This document shows positions 1 through 12,900 of a stretch of 64,000 nucleotides of DNA, piece by piece (the stretch's first letter is position 1; every line of letters starts with the position of its first letter). The position numbers and the translations under genes are program-made. The notes beneath the pieces were generated by a model. That model was not told the DNA's origin. It was given only the letters and a program-made list of their open reading frames with translations, and made no database searches. Source of the stretch: Marsupella aquatica (lineage: Eukaryota > Plantae > Marchantiophyta). Location: the NCBI GenBank assembly GCA_973895155.1, contig OZ316896.1:9807525-9871524 (forward strand). The letters run 5' to 3'.

Positions 1-1
1 T

Positions 2-2212
2 CCTTCTAGTGCTATCAATTTCAAAACGCCGTTTGAGATGCGCTATAAGCGGCAAGCAGACTATCATGGCTTGGTAATTTTTGGAAGTGATGCATATGCT
101 CTCACACCAAAGCAGAATAGGACCAAGTTGGATCCTACCTCCAGGAAATGTGTTTTTCTTGGGTACCAGAGTGGTGTGAAAGCCTATAGGCTATGGGATC
201 CTATTGCCTGTAAGCTCGTTGTCAGTAGGGATGTTTCCTTCAATGAATCCAGATTATTGAAGGAGGGGGAGAATACTCAGGTCTCCCGTACTGACAAAGG
301 AAAATCTCCTATCCCGGATCTCGTTGAGGGGGAGATTGGTTATGAGGTGCATGACCGGAGAGAAGGAGTTGCTCCAATTATGGAGCTGGTTCCTGTGCCA
401 GAGGAACCAGAGGAGTTTGTTGATGCTGGTGAGCAGCAAGTGGATGCTGTTGAGCTTCAAATTGTACCAGCACACGCAGATCAACCGGAGTCATCGGCTA
501 GAAGAACATCTGGTCGCACTGTACGCGCTCCATCAAGGTATGGACAGTGGGTTGATTCATCTCAACTGCAAGAGGATGATTTTACAGCTGATGATGAGGG
601 TGATGCGTTAATTTTGGAAGAAGGAGAACCTTCTTCATTTCATGAGGCAAGTGCTTCAAAAGAGAAGCAGAAGTGGACTGCAGCAATGCAAACGGAGATG
701 CAGTCACTAAAGGACAACAAAACTTGGGAGCTTGTTAAGCTGCCTAAGGGTCAGCAAGTGGTGGACAGCAAGTGGATTTACAAGCTGAAGGATAATTCCA
801 TAGGAGGTGGATCGAAGGTCTACAAGGCTAGATTGGTAGCAAAGGGATTCACACAAGAGAAATGTGTGGATTACAATGAGGTCTTCTCACCAGTTGCTAA
901 GTACTCTACAATACGACTATTGTGTGTACTTGTTGTAATGTTTGGTCTGCTCCTAGATCAGATGGATGTTGTCACAGCTTTCCTCTATGGCACATTGGAA
1001 GAGGTGATCTTCATGAGACAACCGCTAGGTTTTGTGAAGAGAGGACAGGAGGAATTGGTTTGCAGATTCCTGAAATCCTTGTATGGGTTGAAGCAGTCAC
1101 CAAGACAGTGGAACAAGCGGTTTGACGATTGGATTCGGTCACAAGGTTTTCACAGAAGTGTATTTGACCCTTGTGTGTATTTGAAACCGGTGAAGAATGT
1201 TGTCTTTGGGTTCATTGTTTTAGTACTTTATGTGGATGACATGCTAATTGCAGCCAAGGATAGGTCTGAGATTGTTAAGCTCAAGGCACTGCTTAGGGCA
1301 GAGTTTAAGATGAAGGACTTAGGGCCAGCCAAGAGGATTTTGGGTATGGAGATCACTAGGGACTTGGAGGCTGGCAAGCTATGGTTGACGCAGAGCAGTT
1401 ATGCGAGGAAGGTAATTGCAAGGTTCAACATGGAGAATAACAAGTCAGTAAGTACCCCGTTGGCTCCACACTTCAAGTTATCATCAGCGTTCTGTCCTAC
1501 GGATGACACAGAGAAGGGGTTGATGTCAAAGGTTCCATATGACAAGGCAGTGGGGAGTCTCATGTATTTGATGACTTGCACTAGACCTGATCTTGCCATG
1601 GCTATGGGCAAGGTGAGCAGGTACATGTCGAATCCAGGGAAGGTACACTGGGAAGCAGTGAAATGGATTATCAGGTACTTGAAGGGTACCGTGGATCATG
1701 GTCTTTTATTTGATGCGAATGCAAAGAATGCTAGATCATTGATTGGCTATGTAGATTCTGACTATGGACAAGATTTGGATCGAAGGAGATCAACAACAGG
1801 ATACGTGTTCACACTTGGCGGTGGATGCATAAGTTGGAGGTCTACTTTGCAGAAGTGTATTGCTCAGTCTACTACAGAAGCGGAGTATGTTGCAGCTGCG
1901 GAAGCAGCAAAGGAAGCGATTTGGTTGGATAGACTTATCACTGAAATGGGATTGCCACAGGGGAATGTGAAGCTCCATTGTGATAGTCAAAGTGCGCTCC
2001 ACCTTGCTGTGAACCAGGTGATGGACAGCAGAGTGAAGCACATTGACGTCAGGTACCATTTTATCAGGCAGGCTGTGTCTGATAATTTGTTTGAGCTAGT
2101 CAAGATTGATGGTAAACTCAACCCGGCTGACGCATTTACCAAAGTGATTCCTTTGGAGAGTTTCTCTAGACACCGTGACGTATTGCAGGTTTTGCAATTG
2201 CATCACAAGTAG
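2..2212 (+). CDS. Ty1/copia pol, 3' part (integrase C-terminal/SH3 region, reverse transcriptase, RNase H); 5' end lies outside the window
   Basis: Frame is open from base 2. Motifs: KLDPTSRKCVFLGY (integrase SH3 region), YKARLVAKGFTQ, QMDVVTAFL, LYGLKQSPRQW, LYVDDMLI (RT), GYVDSDYG...STTGYVF...STTEAEY...KHIDVRYHFIR (RNase H). INT-RT-RH order is copia. Confidence 0.97.
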   Translation, partial: PSSAINFKTPFEMRYKRQADYHGLVIFGSDAYALTPKQNRTKLDPTSRKCVFLGYQSGVKAYRLWDPIACKLVVSRDVSFNESRLLKEGENTQVSRTDKGKSPIPDLVEGEIGYEVHDRREGVAPIMELVPVPEEPEEFVDAGEQQVDAVELQIVPAHADQPESSARRTSGRTVRAPSRYGQWVDSSQLQEDDFTADDEGDALILEEGEPSSFHEASASKEKQKWTAAMQTEMQSLKDNKTWELVKLPKGQQVVDSKWIYKLKDNSIGGGSKVYKARLVAKGFTQEKCVDYNEVFSPVAKYSTIRLLCVLVVMFGLLLDQMDVVTAFLYGTLEEVIFMRQPLGFVKRGQEELVCRFLKSLYGLKQSPRQWNKRFDDWIRSQGFHRSVFDPCVYLKPVKNVVFGFIVLVLYVDDMLIAAKDRSEIVKLKALLRAEFKMKDLGPAKRILGMEITRDLEAGKLWLTQSSYARKVIARFNMENNKSVSTPLAPHFKLSSAFCPTDDTEKGLMSKVPYDKAVGSLMYLMTCTRPDLAMAMGKVSRYMSNPGKVHWEAVKWIIRYLKGTVDHGLLFDANAKNARSLIGYVDSDYGQDLDRRRSTTGYVFTLGGGCISWRSTLQKCIAQSTTEAEYVAAAEAAKEAIWLDRLITEMGLPQGNVKLHCDSQSALHLAVNQVMDSRVKHIDVRYHFIRQAVSDNLFELVKIDGKLNPADAFTKVIPLESFSRHRDVLQVLQLHHK

Positions 2213-2403
2213 AGTTTTCTTAAACATTCATTGTAATTACTGATATATGCTCTTCCTCATTCCTATGTATTAGGCTACGGCTTACTTCTGGTTTGCTCTA
2301 GTTAGAGAGGGAAACCGGTTTGGTTTCTGTCCAGAACTTCCCGCTGAGGGATCATATACATTGGCAGTATTACTCTCCCCTAGACCAGAGTCAAGGGGAA
2401 GAT

Positions 2404-2878
2404 TGTTGGGTATTTACTCTTACGTCTAGGTTAGGTATGACGTGGTTGGTACAACAACGTGGGTTGGTACAACTACGTGGTTAGGTACAACTACGTGATT
2501 AGGTACAACTATGTGGTTAGGTACAACTACGTGATTAGGTACAACTATGTGGTTAGGTACAACTACGTGATTAGGTACAACTATGTGGTTAGGTACAACT
2601 ATGTGGTTAGGTACAACTAAGTTGCACACTATATCATAAGAGGCATGTGTGCTTGGAGAGGTAGAACCAAGGCTCATTGTTATGGAGCCACTTGAGAGAT
2701 AGGGAGAGCTTACACTGTGGAGACTCGGTATAGCCGACGGGCTTAGAGTTCAGTAAAGCTCTCTTGTGTGTTCCCGTGGACGTAGCCTCAAGGAGGTGAA
2801 CCACGTATCTCTTGTGTCGACTATTGTGCGTTGGATGGTTCATGGGCTTGTCGTTGCGATCGTCGTCTATGCTCAACA
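2404..2878 (+). mobile_element. 3' LTR of the copia element (about 475 bp)
   Basis: Polypurine tract AAGGGGAAGAT (2393-2403) is followed directly by TGTTGGG; the segment ends CTCAACA (TG...CA, near-inverted termini). The 5' LTR is not in the window, so the right end is inferred. Confidence 0.75.
2441..2620. repeat. 18-bp tandem repeat x10 inside the copia LTR (consensus GTGGTTAGGTACAACTAY)
   Basis: Directly visible head-to-tail units with no spacers. Confidence 0.95.
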
Positions 2879-4543
2879 GTCCACGGATTAATTTTGCCCC
2901 TCCCGGACCTGCAACTGTGGCCTGTAACACGGAAAGGGGGGCAAGGGGGATGCTGGCAGGTTAAGGCTAGCCAATAGTGAGTTGCCACATGGCAATGGGA
3001 ATCCATACACAAGTTGATACTGAACCTAGTACGAAATGGGGGCAGGTTGATAATTACTTTTGTTTAGGGGGCATGCTTGTAATATCGGGTGCTTTTGGGG
3101 GACAGGTTAGTAAAAAACTGTTAAGAAACCTTGCCATTTCTTTGTGTAGGGTATCCCATGGGGTTTTAGGATTTAGCCTAGGGACAGTGGTGGACCTCGC
3201 CACCCAGCGCCCTCACCAATCCCAGCACTTGCTCCTAAGTGCCCTTGGTGCCCGAACGCCTCCACGGAATACCTCGAGCAAGCACCCAAGTGCCTCTAGC
3301 AGCACCAGCGGCCCCTCCCATACGAAGCCGCACTTGCTCACCTACACGACCGCTACTCAACGGTCCTCACTGTCTGCACAAACAACCAAGCTCCTCGGTA
3401 AGTAACCCCTCCGGATCTAGAACTCGCCCAGTCTAGCATCCTAACTCAAGCTCAACAGAAGTTGGTAAATAGGTCAGCAATAGATCCTCCCGATGCCATA
3501 AGCCGGAACCAGAACCCACGCCCATTGTCCGTCCAGGACAGCTCCTTCCTTGGGCGCGGCCTGGGTTCCCCCTCGTACCTATCCATCACCAACTGACCAC
3601 CCTGACCTCAGGACATGCTCATGGCCCAAGTAGCGTAGCTTGTCCTAAGCTTGTCTCAACACGCCGGGACCAGAACGGCCCCGACTCTAACAACCGCTCC
3701 CGGTTCGCCCCACTGATGGTCTAGGGACCGGGCACCCTTGGGACTCAGCTTCCATACCTACTTGGCCTTGCCTCCCCAACGCAAGTTCCCTTGGGAGGCT
3801 GAACACGGCTTGGCTGCTGTTCGGCAAGATTTGGCAAGCGGGAGAGGTAACACCCGCAAACCATGAGAACCCAGGGCACCCCCAGACCCATCTGAGCTCA
3901 GGAGGGCGTAGTCCTCCTCAAGAGCTTTCCAACGCACCTAAGAAGTCCTCCAACGGACTTCCCGTTGGGAAGATATCGCAATTTTTGTTTGACAATTTTC
4001 CTTAGTGTCGCGACCACCGCGGCTCACGACTTCGGCTCGCCCTTAGCCCCCAGGGAGACACCACTCCCCTCATATATGCTTCTGGAGACCTGCCACCCTT
4101 GGACTAGCTTTGGTCCCTAAACATTTGGCCCCCAACCCGGATCCCATCGCGCATAATGGGCGCGCCACCAACTGGCAACGCCTATAACTTTCTTGATAGA
4201 CATCCGCAAGCGGAGTGCCTTAGCCCGTTGTGACCGGGCCGACCCAGTGCTCATGCCTAGGCCCTCAGGTCTGTTCGCCGCTAGGGGCCCCCGACCGGCC
4301 CAACCCGGATCGGGCCACAACTTGCGCCCCAAGCATCCGTTGCCAATGGTGTCAACTCCATTGGCCTTGGGCCCAAGAGGAGCTCACTCCCAAGCCCTCA
4401 GAACTCAAAGTCCATCCGACAGTCCGGACGGCCATCCTTGAGCCCGACCCATTTCCCCTTGACCCGACCAGCCGTAGGCTAGTCCAAGTCCTTAGTTTGT
4501 GTCCCCAACTTGGCCCCTTGCCTCGCCAGTGTCACGTCTCATT

Positions 4544-4795
4544 CTCGGGGGGGGGGGGGGGTCACTATATGAACGGTCATACATCACGTGCGACGGTTTG
4601 GGTCATTTATGATCCCCCTAAGTCACTTTCTAGAAAGTTGTACAACACCAATCATGTGATGACATATATGCATTTTGCAATTAAACAACCCTATATTTCC
4701 ATAGAAGACTTAATAAGTCTTCCGCCAAAACCATTTAAATGGCCCTATACTTCGTCGCACATGATATGCCACTTCCATGGAAGTGACCCCCCGAG
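4544..4795 (+). mobile_element. MITE, copy A of an 8-bp-TSD family
   Basis: TIRs CTCGGGG..TCACT / AGTGACCCCCCGAG; perfect TSD GTCTCATT at 4536-4543 and 4796-4803. Confidence 0.85.
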
Positions 4796-4940
4796 GTCTC
4801 ATTGCCCACAAGTCTCCCCATGCTAAGTCCTCCCCGGATGGCCTATCCGGGCCTGGACCATAAGGGAGCTCGGCGTCGGAGTCAGCGACGCCGGAGCTAA
4901 GTGTTAAGGTAGTCGAGTTTCGCGACTGGGACCCACTATG

Positions 4941-5290
4941 GTGACCAAAGGTTTGTGCCAAGGTAGACCATAGATAATACGTGAGAAACATTGTAATTTT
5001 TTTGTGTAGGGTAACCCATGGCCTCAAGGGTTTAGGATAAATTTAGCTTGTGACCAAACGTTTGTGCCAAGGTACACCATAGATAATTAGTGAGAAACAT
5101 TGCCATTTGTTTGTGGAAGGTAGCCCCTCGCCTTGAGCAAAGGATTAGGAGTGTGACCAAAGGTTTGTGCCAAGGTACCAGTTTCATAGACAATTAGTGA
5201 GACTGAAACATTAATTGTCATTTGTTGTGTACATTAACCCATGGCCTCAAGCTAAGGGTTTAGGATTTTGGCTTGTGACCAAAGGTTGTG
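4941..5290. repeat. Diverged 105-120-bp tandem repeat, about 3 copies; a related partial unit lies at about 3121-3180
   Basis: Units start TGACCAAAGGTTTGTGCCAAGGTA at about 4942, 5051, 5154 and 5276. Confidence 0.85.
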
Positions 5291-8200
5291 GCCACCATAG
5301 ATGACCAAAGGCACAAGCACCACATCAGCCCTAACGGGCTGAGGCACCTTACCTAATGAAGTTTGACTAGAAAGTTATGGGCCTAGCAACTTAGCTTCAT
5401 GTTGAGTTGACTTGGTTGGAGTCCTGGTGGGGGGCCAAAACTAGTGGATCACGTCCGGGGGTGGCAGGCCTTTAGAAGCATCCCAATGGGCCAGGAGATA
5501 TAGAAAGAAAAAGTGATGAGAAAGAGAGTGATTGCTAGTAGTAAGGATTTTTCACGATCTATGGGTTTATATAAAATCCATGTTTCGGGTGTATCAAAAT
5601 ACATTATTTTCACAAAGCGTATATAATATAAACAACTGATAGCCTGTAGGCGATACCAGCGAGGTCCAGCCAGGTGAGCGCCGGCCAAGGCGGGTTGGAA
5701 GTGAGAAGGCCCGCAGTACCCGACTAAACCTTTACTTTGAGAAGGGGAAGGCACTAGAAACACCTGGTCCAGTAATCGGGAAGGGGCCTAGGTATTTGCT
5801 TGGTCTAGGTAGCAAGCCCAAGTCGTGGAGTGTGGCGGTTGTGCTACTAATGGGGCTACTAAGGGGAAACGCTGAATGAAGATGACAATATCTCCTCAAT
5901 AGAAGATCTGTTGGAGTACTTCTTGGATGCATTGAGCTCTCAAGGAGAGCTACCTCCTCCCGATCTCAACTTGGTTTGGGGGTGCCTTTTATTAATCCTT
6001 ATGGTTTGCGAGGTCTATCTCTCTTGCTTATCGATCCTCCCAAAATAGCAGCCAAGCCGCGTCCAATTCCTATGGGAGCTTGCATTGGGGAGGCAATGCA
6101 GAGTAGGCATGGGTGTTGACGCCCAAGTGCATCATGCCCTTGGACTCCCGATTGAGTTGGATCCTAGAGACAATTGCTAGGGCCGGAGGTGAGCTAGTCC
6201 TGGCGCTTTGGGACAAGCTTTGGGACAAGCTAGCTATTTGGGCCATGGGCGTGTCTTGGAGGCAAGGGGGTCAACTAGTGATGAATGGAAAGTAGGGACT
6301 CTTGGGCGGCACTTGGTAGAGGGGCTGTAATGGACGAACAGTGGGTGCCAATAGCTTATGCTAAAGCCACGCGGGCCTACAAGGCTCTCTTCGTTGACCT
6401 ACTTACTAACAAGTTTTGAGCTTGAGGCAAGACAATGGTCAGATTGAGAGCCGAGATCAAGAATTATTTACTGATGGCGTTAGTTGCTTGTGCAGACAGT
6501 AGAGCGGCGATAGTGCTAAGGAGCAAGTGCAACTATGTATAGGAGTTGCCAAAGGAGGTGATAGACGCTGCGAATTACTTGTTTGTAAAGTTTCGTGCAA
6601 GTGTTCAGGCATCAAGAGTACATAAACAAAGGTTCTAGGTTTGGTGAGGGCGCTAGGTGGCTAGGTCCACCACTTTGACTAAGTTATCACTTTTTGCATT
6701 ACTGGTTGAGTAAAGTACCAAATAACTAGTTTGGTTACTTATGGTGGAATGATTCAAGTGTCACATCCTGCCAGTTCTCATGATTGAAAGTATCCAATGT
6801 AAACTTATTTTTTGGTGTTGGTTAGAACCTCATATATTTTCACTAAGATGAACTAGGCCTGCCAATTTACTCAAATTTCATCGAGAGTTGGGATACTACA
6901 AATTTCCAAAATTGTCTGTCTCATTTTCTTGCCATGTTTCATATATCATGGATTTTACATACTACTATCCCAATGCCTATGTGTTACACAATTATCATTG
7001 TGGCAATAACCAGCACTGTGGCTGTTGTGGCCATGTTCTCATTGCCATCATGCAATTGTTTTCACCATGATGTCATTGCGGCCATACACTATACTCTTGC
7101 AATCATGTTGCCGCTGTGGCTATGTTAATGCAATTGCAAGTTTAGTTTGCCAAAAATAAGCAAATGATATAGGTCAATCATCTTTTTTTTCTTTTTGTGA
7201 ATAGATGGAGATGTCACATCACCTACATCAATTTTAATTTGGGACAGTCTAAAACTTGAAAATTCTCTTTCATTGTTGCCCCTAGAATCAATTTGGAATA
7301 AAAATGGATTAATTTTAATTTCTTATCTCTTCTTGTACGTTGATCTCAAATTGGATTCAAAAGACACTAACCCTTTTAAACAAAAAGTTCAAAGTCCTTT
7401 CTTAGGACTTGACTTTGTGGAAGTAAGATTCCCCAACATCAGGTGTACCACAGAGGTACTCCTCTGTGCCATAAGGAATCATTCAGTGTGAAACCCCTAA
7501 ATTATGTGCAAACAAGATAATCAAAATTGAATGGTATTGTATTTGATTTGTTGCCACCATTTTCCATTGATGGTTAAGGTGGAATGATCCAATGGTCAAC
7601 ATCCTGGCTATTTTCATTATTGAAACATTGTTGCTGTAAAAATCAATCCATCATTCATTGTCCACACTCAGCTCTTCTGGAAGTTTTTGAGCAATCAAGT
7701 ATAACATGCATTATGTCCATCACTATCCAACCAAATGCTAGTATTTTTTTTGTGTTGGTGATCGAAAATCTTCTTGGAGAGACCTTTCCAACGAGCCTGA
7801 TTCAGTAAAATTTTGCTGAGAATTAAGGAAGCTACAATTTTCCAAAAATGACTGTCTTATTTTCTTGCCACAATTCACTCATCATATTTTATATGCACAA
7901 TATGAGCAGAAACAACGGTCTTGCCCTAGTCCATTTGGGTTGCAAAAGCCTATCCCAACACTTCAAGGGCAATTCAAACTTTGAGTTCTATCTAGCCTTC
8001 AGTTTGACTGGTTTTGTGGTTACGGATCCCCATAAAAAGCTCCTACCAAAATCCCTGGAAGCATGTGCTGCCACATCTGTTCAACACTATTGGTCACAAA
8101 CAAGAAGAGTTAGTTATACAAAAAAGTATTAAACAAGACTATGTGTGTTTGGGACAAGTAAAAACCTTGTGAGTGTACAAACAATGGAAAACTGAAAAGT

Positions 8201-8909
8201 AACTTTTCAAATAAACAAAGAAGGGGTGAAAAGAAGATAACCTTTGGATGGACCATGATTGATATATCAGTGTTTTGCAGTAGATTGTATGAGTTTTCTA
8301 TTTAATTAGAATTTTTTTGGAATAACCATGGGTAGAAAGAAACTCTTCAACTACTGTAACATTTACCAAGGTAATGTTAGAAACTTTTTGACTAATATGG
8401 ACAAAAGAACACCAAGTGAACATAAAAACGCTTCAACTACTATGGATAAAAGAATAACACCAAAAGAATGTAAGAAACCCTTTGGCTCCTATAACACATT
8501 TTGCATGTCCTCTATGAACATAGGAGTACCAAGGGAACGGTGTGCATTGACTACTACCATGAAAAATCTACCCTTTTTTCCCCTCATTTCCATTTTCAAA
8601 GCTATTCCAGTACGCAACTCTTCATGTGCACTAACTTAGTTGTTGAATAACATCAAACTTAGATAACCAAGGGGTCCTCAAACTAATTTATTCTGTTTCA
8701 CTTAATTTTGATCCATCATGCACAAATAAATATAGGGTTTTATTGGGTTAGTGGAAAACTTCAAATTTTTTGTGTAAGAGGATTATGGGTGGTTTAATCT
8801 AACTTGAGAATTATAAGTATTATAATGGCTTCATAAATATTCCAAAATATTCCATAAACTTGGGGGTAGGAAAATACTTTGAAAACCTTTTTTCTTCTGT
8901 TTAGGGTCT

Positions 8910-9190
8910 CCGGGGAGGGGGGTGGGGTCACTTCCACGAATGTTGACATCATGTGCGAACAAAGTAAGGAGAGTTTTATTCATTTTAGGGAAGTACTTAG
9001 AAGTAGCGAGGAAGTAAGTAAGGGGGTAACAATTCAAAAAATGCCACTTGTCATCACATGATTCATTGCTTGCCACATGTCAATAAATGATTGGTGTGTA
9101 GTTGAGTTTCCTATTCCTTTTGAGAGAGAGTGGTTAAGTAGGGGCGTTTGCACATGGTATACAGCTATTTCATAAGGTGATCCCCCCAAG
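8910..9190 (-). mobile_element. MITE, copy B (older, reverse orientation) of the 8-bp-TSD family
   Basis: GGGGTCACTTCCACGAATGTTGACATCATGTGCGA is the reverse complement of the 3' end of copy A; the other end is GGTGATCCCCCCAAG; imperfect TSD TAGGGT(C/G)T. Confidence 0.65.
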
Positions 9191-10171
9191 TAGGGTGTTA
9201 ATTACGTACCCAAGCATGTTGAGCGTGAAAAGACGCACCATGGAGCTTGACAACACCAATCTGTGGAACAAGTTGGAGATAAGAAATAGTTACTAAAATT
9301 CTGGACCTGACTAGTAACAAAATTTGAGTGCTTGTGAAACAATACTTCAAATCCTTAGAAATGGTGTTGAGGAAACTTTAATTCAACCTGCTTGAAATAT
9401 CCATATTGGATAGTAGGAGTTGCAGGGTAATTGAACCTTGTCCTTGTCATGATAACAGAAAACTTGTTACTCAATCTAAAAGACCTATTGTAAACTTCTT
9501 AAGGTTAAGCAAGAAAGTGCTGAGAAGTGACAAAAAGTCACTTAATTAGCAATCCAAAGGACATATCGTCAAGATCGTAAGTATTCAGCAGGAAAGTGCT
9601 GAGACGTGACAAAAAGTCAATTACTCAAGAGCCGATGAAATTAATGAATTGCAAGTAAAAATATCAATACTTAAACTGGCCCATAACCTGTAATTTAGAA
9701 CTTGAAACATCTCTTGCATGAAAACTGAGAAAAGAATATGCGCAACAGTACATTTCACAATGAACGGCAAGTACATGTAGATGTGAGAACCACATCAAAA
9801 CTTATCCCTGTCCTTTGTAGGGGTAAAGCAACTATTTCAAGATGCCAAGTGAAATGCAAATGGAGATGTGCCTCTGTAAGTGATGTAGAATACACTAAGC
9901 ATCTTGATATAACATTGACTTTTCAGTGCATACATTATGTTTTTTAATTTAAAAACCAAATCATGAGAAATTTATTTGTGTTGCATTCGAGGTTGCATTA
10001 TTTACTTGGCTAAAACTTAGTATCAGGATAAGCAGGGTAATGTGCAAACTAGGATGGCACTAGGGTATGTGAAGAGACTAGCCATTTTCCATGGCTAGAG
10101 AATTGTTTGAGAATCAGAATCAAGTCACAGCAATTTGTTGAGCACTTTGAATGGTTACTGATCACTTAATT

Positions 10172-10281
10172 TGCTGGACCAGAGAGTATATATATATATA
10201 TACATCAGGTATCAGGCTGCCAATGAACTTGGCTGGACCAGAGAGTATATATATACATCAGGTATCAGGCTGCCAATGAAC
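10172..10281. repeat. Tandem duplication of about 55 bp containing a (TA)n tract
   Basis: GCTGGACCAGAGAG(TA)nCATCAGGTATCAGGCTGCCAATGAAC occurs twice. Confidence 0.9.
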
Positions 10282-10793
10282 AAAAAGCTCCTGGCCAAGA
10301 GAGACACTCTTAGGCCAAAGACCCAATAAAGGGGAGAAACCATGAGAAAACCCAGGAAAAGGAAAGGCCAAAAGGCCAGTCTCCAACAACAGTAACAGAA
10401 CTAAAGCCCTGTAGGATAACAAAGTAAAGAGCCTGGTAAAGCTAGGGAGTAGACCACATTCAAGTGACAGTCCCTGAGAGGAATTTGTCTAGAAACCCTG
10501 AGGAATTTGTCTAGAAACCCTAGAGCCTACAACCTAATTCTCACTAAGAATAGTGAATTGCAAAAGGCCAAAAATCCTGAAATTTATGGTTGAAAGAAAT
10601 GGCGTGCGCTGTCCTGTTTGACCACTTCTTTGAAAACCCTAATAGATATTTGTCAATTCATGCCTGTTTTTCAAATGCGGTATATGGATTTGATAGCCCA
10701 TCTATCAGATTAAAGCAGATATGGGTTTGCATTTTCTAAGTAGAGAGGCCATTTTATGCGTGCAGCTGTGGTTTAACACACCGCACAGACAAT

Positions 10794-11350
10794 ACATTGC
10801 TTCAGTTCTCTTCGGTAGTCTAGCAGCTTAGTGCTGAGCTAGGTACAGTAGATCGGTCAGTTGTGAAATTGCAGTTGGGGAAGTTCTACTGTAGAGCTCT
10901 TAGACTAGCACTAGTCCAGACACAAGCCTGGGTAATCACATTGCTTCAGTTCTCTTCGGTAGTCTAGCAGCTTAGTGCTCAGCGAGCTAGGTACACTAGA
11001 TCGATCAGTTGTGAAAATGGAGTTGGGGAAGCGATGGTTTACTTCTGTTGTAGAGCTCTTAGACTAGCACTAGTCCAGGCACAAGCCTGGGTAATCTATC
11101 CCGAATCTCTAGCAGTGGGTATATACTAGTGCTCAGCAAATCCATTCGAGATCTCTGGCAACGGGTACGTCTTGTGTTGAGCGTAGGATTAAGCAATTCA
11201 TTAGAGATCGACCTCTTGCTGTAGGCACTAGTGCAATCCATTCGGGATCTTTAGCAATGGGTACAAGCGCTCAGAGCAGAGGGAATCTCTAGCAGGGGTT
11301 ACTAGTGCTCAGCAAAGGCTTGAGGAATTCGAGATCTCTGGCATTGGGTA
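10794..11350. repeat. Tandem duplication of about 145-160 bp followed by shorter degenerate repeats
   Basis: ACATTGCTTCAGTTCTCTTCGGTAGTCTAGC...CACAAGCCTGGGTAATC occurs twice; then repeated TCTCTAGCAG..ACTAGTGCTCAGCAAA..TTCGAGATCTCTGGCA. Confidence 0.85.
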
Positions 11351-12339
11351 CTATGATCGATCCTTGACTGTGAACTGTGATTTCCTACTTCATGGAACGT
11401 AGGTGCATGGATGCATCGATCTGTCTGCCTAGTGTTCACGAACCGAAGCCGGAGGGCTTCATATGGAGACCTTAGTTTGAGGCCTCCAACTTACGAGAGA
11501 GAAGACGTCGGTAGTAGGTGAAGCCCCGGGTGAAGCTTCTAATTTGCATATGTGGAGAGAGGACGATCAAGTCCTACCGTTCTAAGTGTTGCAATTATTT
11601 GCTCACTCATGATAATTGCCTCTTTGATGTCCCCATTTCGATGAGTTGACTTGGATTCCTGGACTCAACTGATCGAAGTCTCTAGTGATTCCCCCGTCAA
11701 CATTTACAACTTTATGACGAGAAGATGTAAGATTCTAAGCCGGTAACGCCTTAGGTTCCGCTTGGCGTGTTGTATATTCCTGGATACTTTTTGGCAGTAG
11801 CGTCTCGAGAATGGGTTTCATTTGGACGTGTTGAATTCCTGCGTACTGTTCGCATTGGCAACACGTACAATTGGTGGAAAAAAAGAGTACTCTGCACAAA
11901 GCTTCCAAATCGCTTCGAAATTAAGTACTTCTCCCACTTGTATACGCAACGATCCAACGTACTTGGACTGAAAGTCGTTCCCTGCAGTCCCTATTTACCT
12001 TTTCCGCATTGTCTTGGCCGTCGTGGTGATTTTAGGCTTCGAGGGTGACTTTTACGCAAGACCATTTCTTGTCATAGATTTGTAGCGCACTTCCATGTAA
12101 TGTCACGATAAAATGCTTGGATGAATCATTGGCAACAACAGGATCAACGTCATCCAATCGACACTCCAAACTTTGCCAGCGGGACTGTTCACTTTTCTCC
12201 GGAGTGAGTGCATCATATATTGGACGATCTTGGCTTTCAAGTCAGCTACACTTTTGGCAAGACAAGAGTCGGGCGGGGTAGTATCTCCACGTAACGCAGG
12301 TAGGATTTGAGTAGGGTCACTGTCAAATCAATGAGAAAT

Positions 12340-12900
12340 AAAGGAGATAAGGGAATTTAACAAGGGGTAAAGCTTGTGAGATCAAACCTGGTATCCATGA
12401 GAAATCGACGAAATGAATTGAAATTATAAAGCTTGTGAGATCAAACCTGGTATCCACGAGAAATCGACGAAATGAATTGAAATTATAAAGCTTTTGAAAT
12501 CCAATGACATTCAAGAGTAATTTGAAGCGTAAAGCCAGACGTACGTGGGATCAATGTAACCATGAAAATCGATCTGTCCGACTGATAAAAGGGAATTGAA
12601 GGGGGTAAACCTGGTGAGTCATACCTCCCCCTCCATGAGAAGGACGCATGTGTGCGAATGAGAAAGGGGGATTGAAGGGGTACAACGTATAGCGGAATCA
12701 AGGAATCCATGAGAAATTATACTGCCTCAGTAAGAAAAAGGGAACTGAACGGGTAATGCCAGTGGGATCAAAAGTCTGTCCATGAGAAGTCTACCTGTCC
12801 GACTGAGAATCGAAGGGAATTGAACCCGGAATTGAAGTGGTTCTGAAGTAAGACGTGGGACTGATCAATGTCTCCATGAAGAATCGACCTGTCCAGTTGG
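12340..12900. repeat. Degenerate minisatellite of about 60 bp, including a near-exact 59-bp duplication at about 12368-12490; paralogous to about 19440-19860
   Basis: Recurrent GGGAATTGAAGGGGTAAA...CCATGAGAA.CGAC motif in both regions. Confidence 0.7.

Larger units (their letters stand above)
3186..6674. mobile_element. Decayed long inverted-repeat (foldback or MULE-like) non-coding element; arms about 3186-4235 and 5320-6674
   Basis: Collinear reverse-complement matches: 3186-3230 vs 6631-6674, 3781-3865 vs 6001-6085, 3875-3985 vs 5880-5990, 4100-4235 vs 5320-5450. Confidence 0.7.

Noticed and set aside
2426-2677. 18-bp array as a CRISPR array or a VVPNH-repeat protein
   Set aside because: There are no spacers and no cas genes, the context is eukaryotic, and it is a tandem repeat inside an LTR.
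6700-8700. Short ORFs in the AT-rich region, possibly a transposase relic
   Set aside because: No recognisable motif could be supported by manual translation.
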